Shown here piece after piece: positions 43,484-53,066 of a stretch of 64,000 nucleotides of DNA. The DNA lies in NCBI GenBank assembly GCA_963743305.1, contig CAVUPH010000024.1, positions 56,603 to 120,602 of the forward strand. The letters are read 5' to 3'. A program made the position numbers and the translations under genes. The notes beneath the pieces are model-generated. The model did not search any database and had not been told where the DNA came from. It was given only the letters and a program-made list of their open reading frames with translations. Each line of letters begins with the position of its first letter. The stretch's first letter is position 1. Source of the stretch: an uncultured delta proteobacterium (lineage in GTDB: Bacteria; Desulfobacterota; RBG-13-43-22).

Positions 43484-43584
43484 TCCTAATATAATTCTTG
43501 ACAATTACCGGGTTCTTTTTGGATACTAGACCCGCCTGCTTATTGCAAGCACCCCTGAAGTTGGAAAGGGTTGTACCTAGGTTT

Positions 43585-43608
43585 GGTCGGCGGGGTCGCC
43601 GACCCTAC
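43585..43608 (-). repeat. GTAG-family REP
   Basis: Minus strand reads GTAG-GGTCGGCG-ACCC-CGCCGACC: a perfect 8-bp stem preceded by GTAG. Confidence 0.75.
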
Positions 43609-43657
43609 GAAAACCACTTCAAGATTCAACGTTCGCTATTCGATTTATTTTCAACCT

Positions 43658-44236
43658 ATGACCTCCCCTGCTGAAAAAAAACGGAAATTCACCTACGGCG
43701 ATTATCTGGAATGGCCGGACGAGGAACGTTGGGAACTGATTAATGGCGAAGCTTTTAATATGACTCCCGCCCCTTCCCGGACTCATCAAAAGGCCCTGGG
43801 TGCTCTTTTCACATCTTTTCATAATTATCTGGAAGATAAATCCTGTGAAGTGTATATGGCCCCGTTTGACGTCCGGCTTCCGGAGGGCGATCAATCCGAG
43901 ACGGATATTACGACGGTGGTTCAACCGGACCTGACCGTTATCTGCAATCCCGCCAAACTGGACGACAAGGGCTGCCTGGGCAGTCCGGACTTGATCATCG
44001 AAATTATTTCCCCCTCCACCGCCGCCCATGATTTTATCGAAAAACTGGCCTTGTACGAAAGCCGGCGGGTCCCGGAGTACTGGATCGTGCATCCCATCGA
44101 TAAGACCACCATGGTCTTTCACTTGAACGAGAACCATGAATACGGAAAACCGCGCGTCTACGCTCGGGATCATCAAATTCAAGTCGGCCTGTTCCCGGAC
44201 TTGGTCATCGATCTAAAAAAGATATTCAGGGATTAA
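43658..44236 (+). CDS. Uma2 (DUF820) family endonuclease
   Basis: RWELINGE..MTPAP..HQ, VQPD, PDLIIEIISPS, EYWIV. Confidence 0.92.
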   Translation: MTSPAEKKRKFTYGDYLEWPDEERWELINGEAFNMTPAPSRTHQKALGALFTSFHNYLEDKSCEVYMAPFDVRLPEGDQSETDITTVVQPDLTVICNPAKLDDKGCLGSPDLIIEIISPSTAAHDFIEKLALYESRRVPEYWIVHPIDKTTMVFHLNENHEYGKPRVYARDHQIQVGLFPDLVIDLKKIFRD

Positions 44237-44289
44237 CGATAGACACGGAATGTTTGAGTTATTGCTTTGAACCGAAACCCGAAGGGCTA

Positions 44290-44380
44290 TTGTTTCGATC
44301 ATTTGGATTTTGAACATTCGGGTTTGTCTCGGCCTGCGACGAGCTCAGCGTGTCGATTTCGTGCTTCGAATTTCGGATTT
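44290..44380. repeat. Degenerate heptamer repeat tract (TTTCGGA/TTTCGAA-like)
   Basis: ttgtttcgatcatttggatttt...gatttcgtgcttcgaatttcggattt; a related tract lies at ~12430-12480. Confidence 0.5.
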
Positions 44381-44390
44381 AGGGATCACC

Positions 44391-44924
44391 ATGGAAATAT
44401 ATCCCCCTGATTTACAAGAAACCGTCCGTTTCCACGGACATCTCTGTCCGGGCCTGCTCATCGGCTACCGGGCCGCGAAGGCGGCGATGGAAAAACTGGG
44501 CGTGACCCGGTCCGAAGACGAGGAACTGGTGGCTGTAGTGGAAAACCAGAGCTGCAGCGTCGACGCCGTGCAGTTCTTGTGCGGCTGCACCTTCGGCAAG
44601 GGCAATCTCTTTTTTCTGGATTATGGAAAACAGGTGTTTACGATCGGATCGCGCAAATCGGGGAAAGCGGTTCGGATCGCCCTGCGGGGAGACCTGGTCA
44701 GGCCGACCGGTCCCGACGGCCGACCAGACCGAGAGAAATTCATCGAGCAGCTTTTGAACGATCCCCTGGAGTCGCTCTACCGGGTTTCGGACCCTCCATT
44801 CGAATTCCCCGCCGAAGCCCGGATTTTCCCCACCCTCGTCTGCAGCCGCTGCGGCGAAGGGGTCATGGAAACCCGCACCGTCACTCGCGACGGGCGCATC
44901 TACTGCATACCCTGCGCCCGATAA
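44391..44924 (+). CDS. FmdE-family protein with C-terminal zinc finger
   Basis: FHGHLCPGLLIGYR, CSVDAVQ, GCTFGKGNL, CSRCGE..CIPC. Confidence 0.9.
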   Translation: MEIYPPDLQETVRFHGHLCPGLLIGYRAAKAAMEKLGVTRSEDEELVAVVENQSCSVDAVQFLCGCTFGKGNLFFLDYGKQVFTIGSRKSGKAVRIALRGDLVRPTGPDGRPDREKFIEQLLNDPLESLYRVSDPPFEFPAEARIFPTLVCSRCGEGVMETRTVTRDGRIYCIPCAR

Positions 44925-45113
44925 TGATGTGATCGGGTACCCTTCCCGGAAATCACCGGCCAGCTCCAATACCCGCTACAACGTGAATCTGTATACCGGG
45001 GCCTGCGTAGACTTGGGATTTGGAAAGCCCTTTCGCTCCGACCCGGCGGCCATACCAGATATAGGGGTACCCACCCAAAAGGGCGAAGCGTCACAACTAT
45101 TTAATATGTCTCG

Positions 45114-46214
45114 TCATTGGGAAAGACGGGCGGCGAAAAACCCGGCGATACCCTTGTAGATGGGTGTGAGAGAAGAGCGGTCGAAGCCGGGAGGGTCCTT
45201 AGCCCACACCCCCAGACCACGAACGATCTCATCAGGCAGGGGGGAGAGGATCGACATGTGACCTCCTCCCTTGAGCGTGCCAAGGGCCGTGCATGAGGAA
45301 CAGGTCTCTTCCACGGCGAGTACGTGCCATCGGGGAGCGAGCACCTGATCCTTGTCTGCAGAGATGAGACCCGTTGAAGCGCGGGGGGCGCGGAGGCTTG
45401 CCGGGTCGATGACGGCAGCCACCGGCACTGCCGCAACCACCGCCTTCACCCGGCCGTCCTGATGGCCGTATTCCCTGCTGTCCACCTTGCCGGACTTGGC
45501 CCCCTCAATGAATTGTGTCTTGAGACGTCCCATCATCTCCTGGTCGAGTTTTCCCGCGACCATTTCCCGGAAGGCGCAGAACCCCTTATCTTCTTCAAGG
45601 TGTTCGGCACAATGCTGGACGAGACGATTCAGGCTCCAGGTGGCGCCCGCAAACTCGAGGGCCGTGAGCCCTCCCGCCGACATGCCGTAGACACCGACTT
45701 TGTCCCTGTTGACCAGGGGGGCAAAACGCGGTTCTCCCTGAACCCGGTCAATAGCCGAGGACACCTCGGCAGGTCGTAGCTTCCAGGAGTCAGGGCCGGT
45801 CTTCGTCTGATCCCTCCAATTGTCGCCCTGGTGTTCCGGCGCCGCCACGACGAACCCTGCCTCCACGAGGACGCGCGCCAGGTCATAATACAAGAAGGCG
45901 GAGCCCCCCGACCCGTGAGAGAGTATGATCAGGCCGCCGTTACCGCGAATGGGCGCACCATCCCAAGCGGCGCTCAGCACGAAGGGACCCCTGGTGAGGG
46001 TAGTTTCCGGAGCATCGCTCGGGTACCAGAGGGTGATTGGGCCGGAAGGCGATCCCTGACCCGACAGCGCGGGAATTATGGCGCTACCCATGGCCCTTAC
46101 CGAAGAAGGACCGGCCAGAACCATTGCCAATATGAAGAACGGAAGAAAAGAAAAAACGGTCGAAATTGCGAAACATCGACTAAGACGGGTCATGACGAAA
46201 TTCCTCACTTTCAT
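45114..46214 (-). CDS. Secreted alpha/beta hydrolase (dienelactone hydrolase-like)
   Basis: Signal peptide, LSHGSGG, GMSAGG nucleophile elbow, GGHM. Confidence 0.85.
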   Translation of the reverse strand: MKVRNFVMTRLSRCFAISTVFSFLPFFILAMVLAGPSSVRAMGSAIIPALSGQGSPSGPITLWYPSDAPETTLTRGPFVLSAAWDGAPIRGNGGLIILSHGSGGSAFLYYDLARVLVEAGFVVAAPEHQGDNWRDQTKTGPDSWKLRPAEVSSAIDRVQGEPRFAPLVNRDKVGVYGMSAGGLTALEFAGATWSLNRLVQHCAEHLEEDKGFCAFREMVAGKLDQEMMGRLKTQFIEGAKSGKVDSREYGHQDGRVKAVVAAVPVAAVIDPASLRAPRASTGLISADKDQVLAPRWHVLAVEETCSSCTALGTLKGGGHMSILSPLPDEIVRGLGVWAKDPPGFDRSSLTPIYKGIAGFFAARLSQ

Positions 46215-46244
46215 AGGTGACTTTTCGATGAGGTCGGGCCCAAG

Positions 46245-46382
46245 GCCGTTAACTTAAGGATAATCCCTTTGTCCAAAGCGTCACCCCGGTGAAAACCGGG
46301 GTCCAGAAAGCCTAGAGAACCTACATTCCGGACATTCGACTAGGCGCATGGCCCTGAGTAATCCGAAGGGCTTCCGCTGAAT
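46245..46382. repeat. ~140-bp dispersed palindromic element, copy 1
   Basis: GCCGTTAACTT..CGTCACCCCGG-gaaa-CCGGGGTCCAGAAAGCCT..CATTCGACTAGG..GAAGGGC; matches 62200..62346. Confidence 0.8.
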
Positions 46383-46453
46383 TTTAGATATCATGCTCAG
46401 TAGTTTAGATATACCTTCTACCGGCCTAGTGCAGCCAGTACATCATCATGTAT

Positions 46454-47122
46454 TTAGCCTTCTCGTTTCATCTTCTCACGACGTGCGACTTCCGCCGGTG
46501 TGGGAGGGACCATAGTGAAATCCCCAGTCTTTACTGCACCGTCGCGTACATACTTCGCAATTAAGATGCCATTGGGCGATGTCCGGTTCGCAATTAGTCG
46601 AAACGCCCCAGCTCTTGAGCCAGCGCCAAACAACTTCTTGCCTTGCCCGAGGACGATTGGGAATGTAAAAATATTGATCTGATCGACGAGGTCATCCGCA
46701 AGCAGCGTTTGGATCAAGTCGGTACTGCCCTGTGTAAGAAGCGATGGTCCTTCCTGCCGTTTCAGCTTGGCGACGTCTGACGCTGCGTCACTGAGGGCCA
46801 CCGAACCCTTCCAGGTCAGATCCAAGCCCTTCCGGGTCGCAACATACTTCGTGACTGAATTGAAAGTTTTGGCAATGGGATCATCGGGCCCGCCCTCGGC
46901 ATAGGGCCAGTGGGCCGCGAAGATCTCGTACGTCTTTCGACCGAGCAACAAGTCGTACGGCTCGCTTAACATCTTGCCAATCTCTTCGCCGAAAACATCG
47001 TCCACCAGTGGCGCTACCCAGCCGCCGTGGTTGAATCCCATAGTAGGATCTTCAAGGGGGCCTCCGGGCGCCTGCATGACGCCGTCCAAAGAAACCATGG
47101 CTCCGATTATTACTTTTCTCAT
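46454..47122 (-). CDS. Dihydrofolate reductase / RibD C-terminal family protein
   Basis: VSLDGVMQAPGG, LLLGRKTYEIF, PIVLGQGKKLF. Confidence 0.9.
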   Translation of the reverse strand: MRKVIIGAMVSLDGVMQAPGGPLEDPTMGFNHGGWVAPLVDDVFGEEIGKMLSEPYDLLLGRKTYEIFAAHWPYAEGGPDDPIAKTFNSVTKYVATRKGLDLTWKGSVALSDAASDVAKLKRQEGPSLLTQGSTDLIQTLLADDLVDQINIFTFPIVLGQGKKLFGAGSRAGAFRLIANRTSPNGILIAKYVRDGAVKTGDFTMVPPTPAEVARREKMKREG

Positions 47123-47249
47123 AAATCACACTCCTCTCGTGCCCCATCGTGTAAGGGAAAAATGAGCATGGTTAACCCGCCACTCGTTCGGGCGGGAACA
47201 TGTTACCCCCAAGGTCGAAAACCAAAAGTAGGAATATGGGACGTTCGTT

Positions 47250-48251
47250 CTAAATTGCATAATTCGAGTAGCCGAGGCCAGGCATTTCCGGAGCGTTTGC
47301 CAACCGGGTAACGGATGATGTCGTTGTTCCTAAGTAGCGCGCTACTTCCGCCCCCGAATATCCTAATTTTTTGACCGCCAGTTGACAGAAAAGTCTTCGG
47401 GTCTTCACTACCTCAGCGGCTCGGCTTCCGGACCGAACCAAGTCCCAATCTGTTCCTTCTGATCGGGAAACCCGGGAGGCCAGGGTACCCAGTCCAACTT
47501 TCCGAGCTTTGAGTCGGAGCGTTTTCTCTAATTGTTTTTCCGCCTGGGACATGACCTCTTCAATGAACTCTCCGCTGCCCAAGATTCGCTCATCCGAGGC
47601 CATACGCTGTTTATGCCGTCGCAGAGACAGCACCTGGGACCAACCGCCGGCACTGCGGATCAACCCTCCGCCAACCAAATCAGGCCGCCGCCCCATCGGG
47701 ACCCCGTCGCCCACAAAGCGCTCATATTCCGCTCGCGCCTTCTGCAATTTTGGGCTAAAAAAGGAAAGGATCGATTCGGTGTCCTGCCAGTCCCGCCCCA
47801 TTTTCCCCATTAAAGCCGAATGCCCGGTCCAAGGGTATTCCTTTAATTTAGGCAAATCAGCCACCATTCCTCCACGAAGGGGATTGAGGTGAATATAGCG
47901 CGTTAACTCCAGGAGGTAGGACTCTTCCTCGCAGACAATAGATTTATAGCGATTCTGGAAAAGGTGACCCAACCGTTTATGACGCCGGTTGAAATTTACC
48001 ACATATCCGGTCATCACTTTTCTCATATTCGTAGAGAGAGGTTGGAGACCGGTACGAACCAATAAATGCATATGATTGGGCATCAGCGCCCAGGCATAGA
48101 CCACCCACGCCCCGGCGCGAGCCCGTTCCTCCAGACGCGAGAGGAAATCCTCCCGGTCTTTCGGGTTTCGAAAGATTTTGGTTTTCTCTATCCCTCGGGC
48201 CATGACATGGTGCAGGACCCCCGGAGCGTCTAATCGTGCTTGTCTAGGCAT
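47250..48251 (-). CDS. Y1 tyrosine transposase (REP-associated type) with C-terminal HTH
   Basis: MPRQAR..HHVMARG, LMPNHMHLL (HUH), GHLFQNRYKS, YIHLNP, YPWTG; C-terminal GYSGAEVARYLG. Confidence 0.92.
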   Translation of the reverse strand: MPRQARLDAPGVLHHVMARGIEKTKIFRNPKDREDFLSRLEERARAGAWVVYAWALMPNHMHLLVRTGLQPLSTNMRKVMTGYVVNFNRRHKRLGHLFQNRYKSIVCEEESYLLELTRYIHLNPLRGGMVADLPKLKEYPWTGHSALMGKMGRDWQDTESILSFFSPKLQKARAEYERFVGDGVPMGRRPDLVGGGLIRSAGGWSQVLSLRRHKQRMASDERILGSGEFIEEVMSQAEKQLEKTLRLKARKVGLGTLASRVSRSEGTDWDLVRSGSRAAEVVKTRRLFCQLAVKKLGYSGAEVARYLGTTTSSVTRLANAPEMPGLGYSNYAI

Positions 48252-48257
48252 GTTGAA

Positions 48258-48286
48258 ACTTTATTGCATTTACTCGGCTCTGTCAA
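48258..48286 (-). promoter_or_regulatory. Promoter for the Y1 transposase, probably leaderless
   Basis: TTGACA-N17-TAAAGT, then 6 nt to ATG 48251; no SD. Confidence 0.6.
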
Positions 48287-48383
48287 TGCAATTTAGAAAC
48301 AACGTTATATATTGCCAGAATTTGGCATAGGCTCCCGAGCCTGCGCCAGAAAAAAAATTCATATAATCTATCCAAAAAAGAAA

Positions 48384-48437
48384 CCTCCTGTTAAGAGAAA
48401 AGTAAGCATCACCAAACTTCAACTCTCAAACAGGAGG
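48384..48437 (+). promoter_or_regulatory. Hairpin sequestering the IS110 recombinase Shine-Dalgarno
   Basis: CCTCCTGTT-AAGAG ... CTCTC-AAACAGGAGG just upstream of ATG 48444. Confidence 0.6.
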
Positions 48438-48443
48438 TGTTCA

Positions 48444-49724
48444 ATGAACGAAGTAGAGGATATCAGGCTCACGGAGTTTCGTCAATTCAAGAAAGAGATC
48501 CGGGGATCGAAGGACCATTTGATCGTCGGTATTGACATCGCCAAGGAAAAGCACCACGCTTTTTTTGCTACAGCCACCGGGAAGACGCTATTCAGACGAC
48601 TGATCTTTGACAATACCATCGAGGGTTTTGAGAAGCTGCTGACCCAGGTCAGAGCCATCCAGGTGGCCCAGGGTCTGGAGAAGGTGGTCTTTGGTTTGGA
48701 ACCCACGGCCAACTATCACAAGCCGCTGGGAGAGCATTTGATTAAATGCGGCCGGATGGTGGTCCTGGTTTCCGGGGTAGCGGTCAAGCACAACCGGGAG
48801 CTTCTGGATGGGCGTTGGGACAAACACGACACCAAGGACGCGGCCAATATTGCCGATCTGATTTCCCAGGGCAAGTGCTTGTACTACGAGTACCCGGAGA
48901 TGGGGCTCCGGGATCTGCGCACCCTATTGTCGCTCAAAAAGAAGCTGAAGAAGCAGGAGCATGGGTATCGGGTGCGTATTCGGAACCAGCTCCTGGCCCA
49001 GTACTTCCCCGAATTGGATCGTTTTAGCGGGCGACCGGAAGTGGAACCGATTGTCCGTTGGTGTTTGGACACTTCCGAACTGGCCGGTTTGGAGTTCGCT
49101 CAATTCGTCCAACGGGTGGTGCCCGGGCGTAAGACCCTGGCCCAGCAGCAGCGTTTGCAGACCATCCAGCAAATGGCTATCGACTCCATCGGTTGCGAGA
49201 TGGGGGAAGGGGCCCACTTTGAGGCCCGGGTGATGGTGGACGGGTTGCGGCAACTCCGGGAGACGATAAAGACGACCGACGAACAGATCCGCGAGACTTG
49301 CCGGCAGTTTCCAGAATATGGGTATCTGCTCACTATCCCCGGCTTTGGACCGGACGTTTCGGCCAAGGTGATCGGTGCGATCGGCAATCCCTTCCGCTTT
49401 CAAAACCGGAAGCAGGTGCTCAAGATGGCCGGATTGGATCTGGGCGCCTACCGGAGCGGGGAAACCTCGAATACGGCGACCCCGGTCATTTCCAAAAGGG
49501 GAAAAGCCGATCTGCGCTATGCCTTATACCAGGCGGCCCTGATCGCCTCTACTCGCTGTCGACCCTGGATCGAACATTACACCGATCAATTGCAGGGACG
49601 GGCCAAAGAACCCGGGATCAAAACCAAACGGTATGTCAAGCTATCGGCCAAGTTCTTGATCATCGCTTGGACGATCATGAAGAAAAAGGAGCCTTATAAC
49701 CCGCGATATTTAACTCGAGATTAA
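48444..49724 (+). CDS. IS110-family DEDD recombinase/transposase
   Basis: VGIDIAK, LEPTANY, KHDTKDA, LLTIPGFG, GLDLGAYRSG, ISKRG..LR..LY. Confidence 0.95.
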   Translation: MNEVEDIRLTEFRQFKKEIRGSKDHLIVGIDIAKEKHHAFFATATGKTLFRRLIFDNTIEGFEKLLTQVRAIQVAQGLEKVVFGLEPTANYHKPLGEHLIKCGRMVVLVSGVAVKHNRELLDGRWDKHDTKDAANIADLISQGKCLYYEYPEMGLRDLRTLLSLKKKLKKQEHGYRVRIRNQLLAQYFPELDRFSGRPEVEPIVRWCLDTSELAGLEFAQFVQRVVPGRKTLAQQQRLQTIQQMAIDSIGCEMGEGAHFEARVMVDGLRQLRETIKTTDEQIRETCRQFPEYGYLLTIPGFGPDVSAKVIGAIGNPFRFQNRKQVLKMAGLDLGAYRSGETSNTATPVISKRGKADLRYALYQAALIASTRCRPWIEHYTDQLQGRAKEPGIKTKRYVKLSAKFLIIAWTIMKKKEPYNPRYLTRD

Positions 49725-49737
49725 CCGAACCTTATCC

Positions 49738-49918
49738 ATCCCCTTGGCGAGCCCGGTGAACTACGTGGAGGCCTTTCGTGGACCTCGGACGGGACAATCA
49801 TGGGCCGCTCACTAAACTTTAAAACCTGGATAAGGGATGCTGGGTGCCCGTCTCGGGCGGGATGCCGGATACTGATAACGCTGAGGTTTAAAGTTCGCGG
49901 TTGGTGAGCACTGGGGAT
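49738..49918 (+). ncRNA. Putative bridge/seek RNA of the IS110 element
   Basis: Closing stem ATCCCC/GGGGAT. Two internal-loop hairpins carry AACTACGT+GGGAC (target match) and GGATG+ATAAC (donor match). Confidence 0.72.
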
Positions 49919-50065
49919 ATCAAATAAATCACGTCAGCCCGTCAGGCGTATAAGGGAGGTGCGTTCAAAAAATGGCCCAAATCCTATCTCATCGAAATCG
50001 TTGTCTTTCTCAAAATGAACTTTTCCCTCTTGACAGGGTGATTATAGGATGTCCCCCTTTAAAGA

Positions 50066-50624
50066 ACATGTTGTCCACTACCAGTTCCGAACAGACGCCT
50101 CCAAAGAAGAGAAAGGCGTTCAACAGGGCCTGGTGGAGGGCCTCCTGCTTCTGGGAGTGGGTGAACTCCCCGTAAAGCAGCCGGCTATGCGCTTCAATAA
50201 TCGCCAGGCAGTACAGCTTCCGGGGGGTCTTCCCGTAGAGCAGGGAGCCGAAGTGGCCCCAGTCCACTTGAAACTGTTTTCCGGGAGCCGATTCGAAGCG
50301 GAGATAGGCCCGTTTTTCTTTGGGCCGGATCTCCTGGAGGTACTCCCGGAGAATGGAGGTCTTCCCGGTATAGCCCTGGGGGATCAACCGTTGGAATAAG
50401 ACCGCGCTGCTGACCGTGGGGTCCTTTTCCAGCAACCGTCGGATCTCCTCCCGGAAGGGGTCCAGCTTGCTGGCCCGGACGATCACCGGCTTGGGCGGGT
50501 TGGGCTGATCCAGGTATCTTTTGACGCTGTCCCGGCTGAGCTTCAGGGTCCGGGCGATTTTGCGGATCCCATAGCCTTCATGGAACAACCGGTGGATCTC
50601 GAAGACGGTGCGGCGGTCGATCAT
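50066..50624 (-). pseudogene. istA: Truncated IS21 transposase of element A
   Basis: HTH, RFESAPGKQFQVDWG, ELVVDNM, then unrelated sequence. Confidence 0.85.
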
Positions 50625-50725
50625 GCGGGCCTCCTTTCCGGCAAGGACAAGACCTGGAACAGGGGCTCCTGAAAGGCCACCAGGTCCCGGGTGTCAAGGA
50701 TCATGTTAATTCCCCCCCCTCGGGA

Positions 50726-51503
50726 TCAACACAATTCACCCCTTTTGGGAGGTGAGGTGGTTAAAGGGTTAGGGGTCAAGTTTTTCCGATACGACTCACC
50801 CTCCAGGATAATGTGGTGGGCGTGATGGGCCAGACGGTCCAAGGCCGAGTTGGCCATGACCGGATCCGGGAAGAGCGGGATCCAGTCCTGGGGCGGCCGG
50901 TTGCTGGTAATGATGATCGAGGACTTGAGATGCCGCTCGGCCACGATTTCGTAAAAATCTTCCGCCTGGGGAAGCGTCAGGGCCGTCAGCGCGAAGTCGT
51001 CGATGATCAAGAGATCCGGGGTCAGATAGCGTTTTATCCGTTTTTCCCAGGAATGATCGGCCCGGGAGGCCAGCAGGTTGCGGAACAGCTTGACGGCTTT
51101 GACGAAGAGTACGTCGTAGCCTTTCCGGCAGGCCAGATGTCCCAGGGCCTGGGCCTAGGTGGGTCTTGCCGACCCCGGCCGGGCCATAGAGTAGGACATG
51201 CTCGGCTTTCTCGATGAACAGGCCGGTAAAAAGGTCCCGGACCCGTTTGGGGTTAATCTGCGGCCTCCAGGAGAAGTCGAAGCCCTCCAGGGTCTTCTCC
51301 TGCTCGAAAGAGGCTCTCTGGAGACGCGAGTGTAGTTTTTTGGCCTCCCGACGCTCCAGCTCGTCCTGGAAGAGCAGTTGGAGGAACTCCAGGTAACCGA
51401 GGGAAGCCTGTTGGGCTTCCTGCAGACGCAGGTCCAGGCTTTCCAGCAGGCCGCCGAGCCGGAGGGTTTTCAGTTGAGTCAGGACGGTAGGTTCCAGGTT
51501 CAT
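50726..51503 (-). CDS. istB: IS21 helper AAA+ ATPase (indel near 51155)
   Basis: LKTLRLGG, GPAGVGKTHL, IIDDF, IITSNR, LDRLAH, GESYR. Confidence 0.85.
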
Positions 51504-53066
51504 TGGAGCACCTCCGGTTCGGGGACATAGTAGGTGGGAGGCCGGAGGAACCGTTCTCCTAAAGGCGACCGGGGCCAAACGATGGCGGCCGGGGGTTCCG
51601 GCAGCGTCCCAGCCCTTTTCCAGGATGGTCTTGATACTGTTCATCCGCAGGTTGCCGAAAAACAGGGTCCGGGCGGCGGCCCGTTCCATGGCCACGGGAC
51701 CGTATTTTTTAGCCAGGCCCAACAGACCCTGGACCTTGCGCAGATTCTTCAGGGCGTGTTGTTGGAGGATGATCGTCACCAGCTTTTCGGTTTCCGGTCC
51801 GATGGCCGCGGCCTGGTTGCGGCAAAAGGTCGGGGCGGGCATCAGGTAGGCCAGTTTCTCCGGCGGGTAGTCCGCCGGATCGGTTCGCCAAGTGCCGGGT
51901 TTCAGCGCCCGCAGATGCGTTTTAACCAGCTCTTCGTTGAGCAGGATCTGGACCAGCCGGGAGGTACCCCGGGCCCAGACCTTCCGGCCGATGAACCGGG
52001 TGGGCAGGGAGTAATAGGAGCGATCGAAAACGATATGATGATCGGGATGGGCGGTGCAGCGTTTCCACAAGGGGCACTCAAAACGCTCCCGGGGCAGGGG
52101 CTTCAGGTGAGGCCGTTCCTCGGCCTGGAAAACCTCATAGGGCCGGCGTTTGGTGGTGCCGTGGATCTCCATCCCGACCTCCTGCGTACACCAGATCGGG
52201 GCCCGGGTATTGGCCTCTTCGATATCTCGGAAGTTCCGGCCGGCAACCAGTTGTTGACGGACTACCGGTACGACTCGCTCCACCTTACCTTTGTGCCGAG
52301 GTTCCCCCACTTTGGCCGGATCGGCCACGAAACTGTAGTGCCGTTCCAGGTCCCCATAGGCCCGGTTCAACGTGGGATCGTAGATATCCGGCTTCACCAC
52401 CCCGGCCTTGAGGTTGTCCAGGATGATGGTTTCCGGGACCCCGTTAAAAAACTCGAAGGCCCGGATATGGCAGTCGATCCAGGTGGCCACATCCTGGCGG
52501 AAGACAAAACGGACAAAACGGTGGCGGCTGAAGGACAAGGTCATGATAAAGGCCCAGGTCTTTCTCAAAGCCCCGGTCTCGGGATCGACCATCCGACCCA
52601 TATACCCGAAATCCACCTGGGCCTGGCTCCCCGGGATCACCTCCAGGCGAACCGTCACCCGCGGCGCCCGATAACCCAAACGGGCTCGCAAATAGCGTTT
52701 TACGGTGCAATACCCGATCGCCGTTTCGGTCCGCTCCTGATAAAGACGCCAGACTTGCTTGGCCGTCATCTGCTCTTCCTTCAGCAACTCCTGAAACCAC
52801 TCCTGATGCGGATCCAGCAGGTCCTGGGCCGGTGTTTCCCGAAGCAGTTCCGATTGACTCAGGTTTTTAAGCCGTTTAACCAGGTCCGATTCCGCTGGAA
52901 AAGGTTCGCCGCGCTGCACTCCGGCTTCCTGGCCCAGTTGGACATACTTCCGGATGGTCTTGCGGTCAAATCCCAGGGATCGCCGAATGCTCTTGAAACC
53001 GGCTCCCTGATGCCACTGGTAAATCAACTCAACAATCTCGTTCATGGTAATCTCCCTCCTGGCCAT
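51500..53066 (-). CDS. istA: IS21 transposase (indel near 51590)
   Basis: PGSQAQVDFG, ILDNLKAGV, KGKVER, HGTT, YYSLP. Confidence 0.88.

Larger units (their letters stand above)
48306..50050 (+). mobile_element. IS110-family (IS1111-like layout) insertion sequence with GT core at both ends
   Basis: GT at 48304-05 and 50051-52. Removing the element restores AACAAC-GT-CCC. The circle junction would create TTGACA-N17-TATATA. Confidence 0.8.
47238..50055 (-). mobile_element. Y1/HUH (RAYT-like) transposase element bounded by 23-bp inverted repeats; right repeat split by IS110
   Basis: Left repeat GGGACGTTCGTTCTAAATTGCAT (47238-47260). Right repeat ATGCAATTTAGAAACAACGT (48286-48305) + CCC (50053-50055). 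21/23 identity. Confidence 0.75.

Noticed and set aside
48360-48372. TATAATC as the IS110 left end with an AT core
   Set aside because: Gives only 14-bp promoter spacing in the circle and does not match the RNA loops; the GT core at 48304 explains the flanks, promoter and guides together.
50796-53066. 756-aa IstA-IstB fusion ORF
   Set aside because: Explained by indels near 51590 and 51155; istB has its own SD and ATG at 51503.
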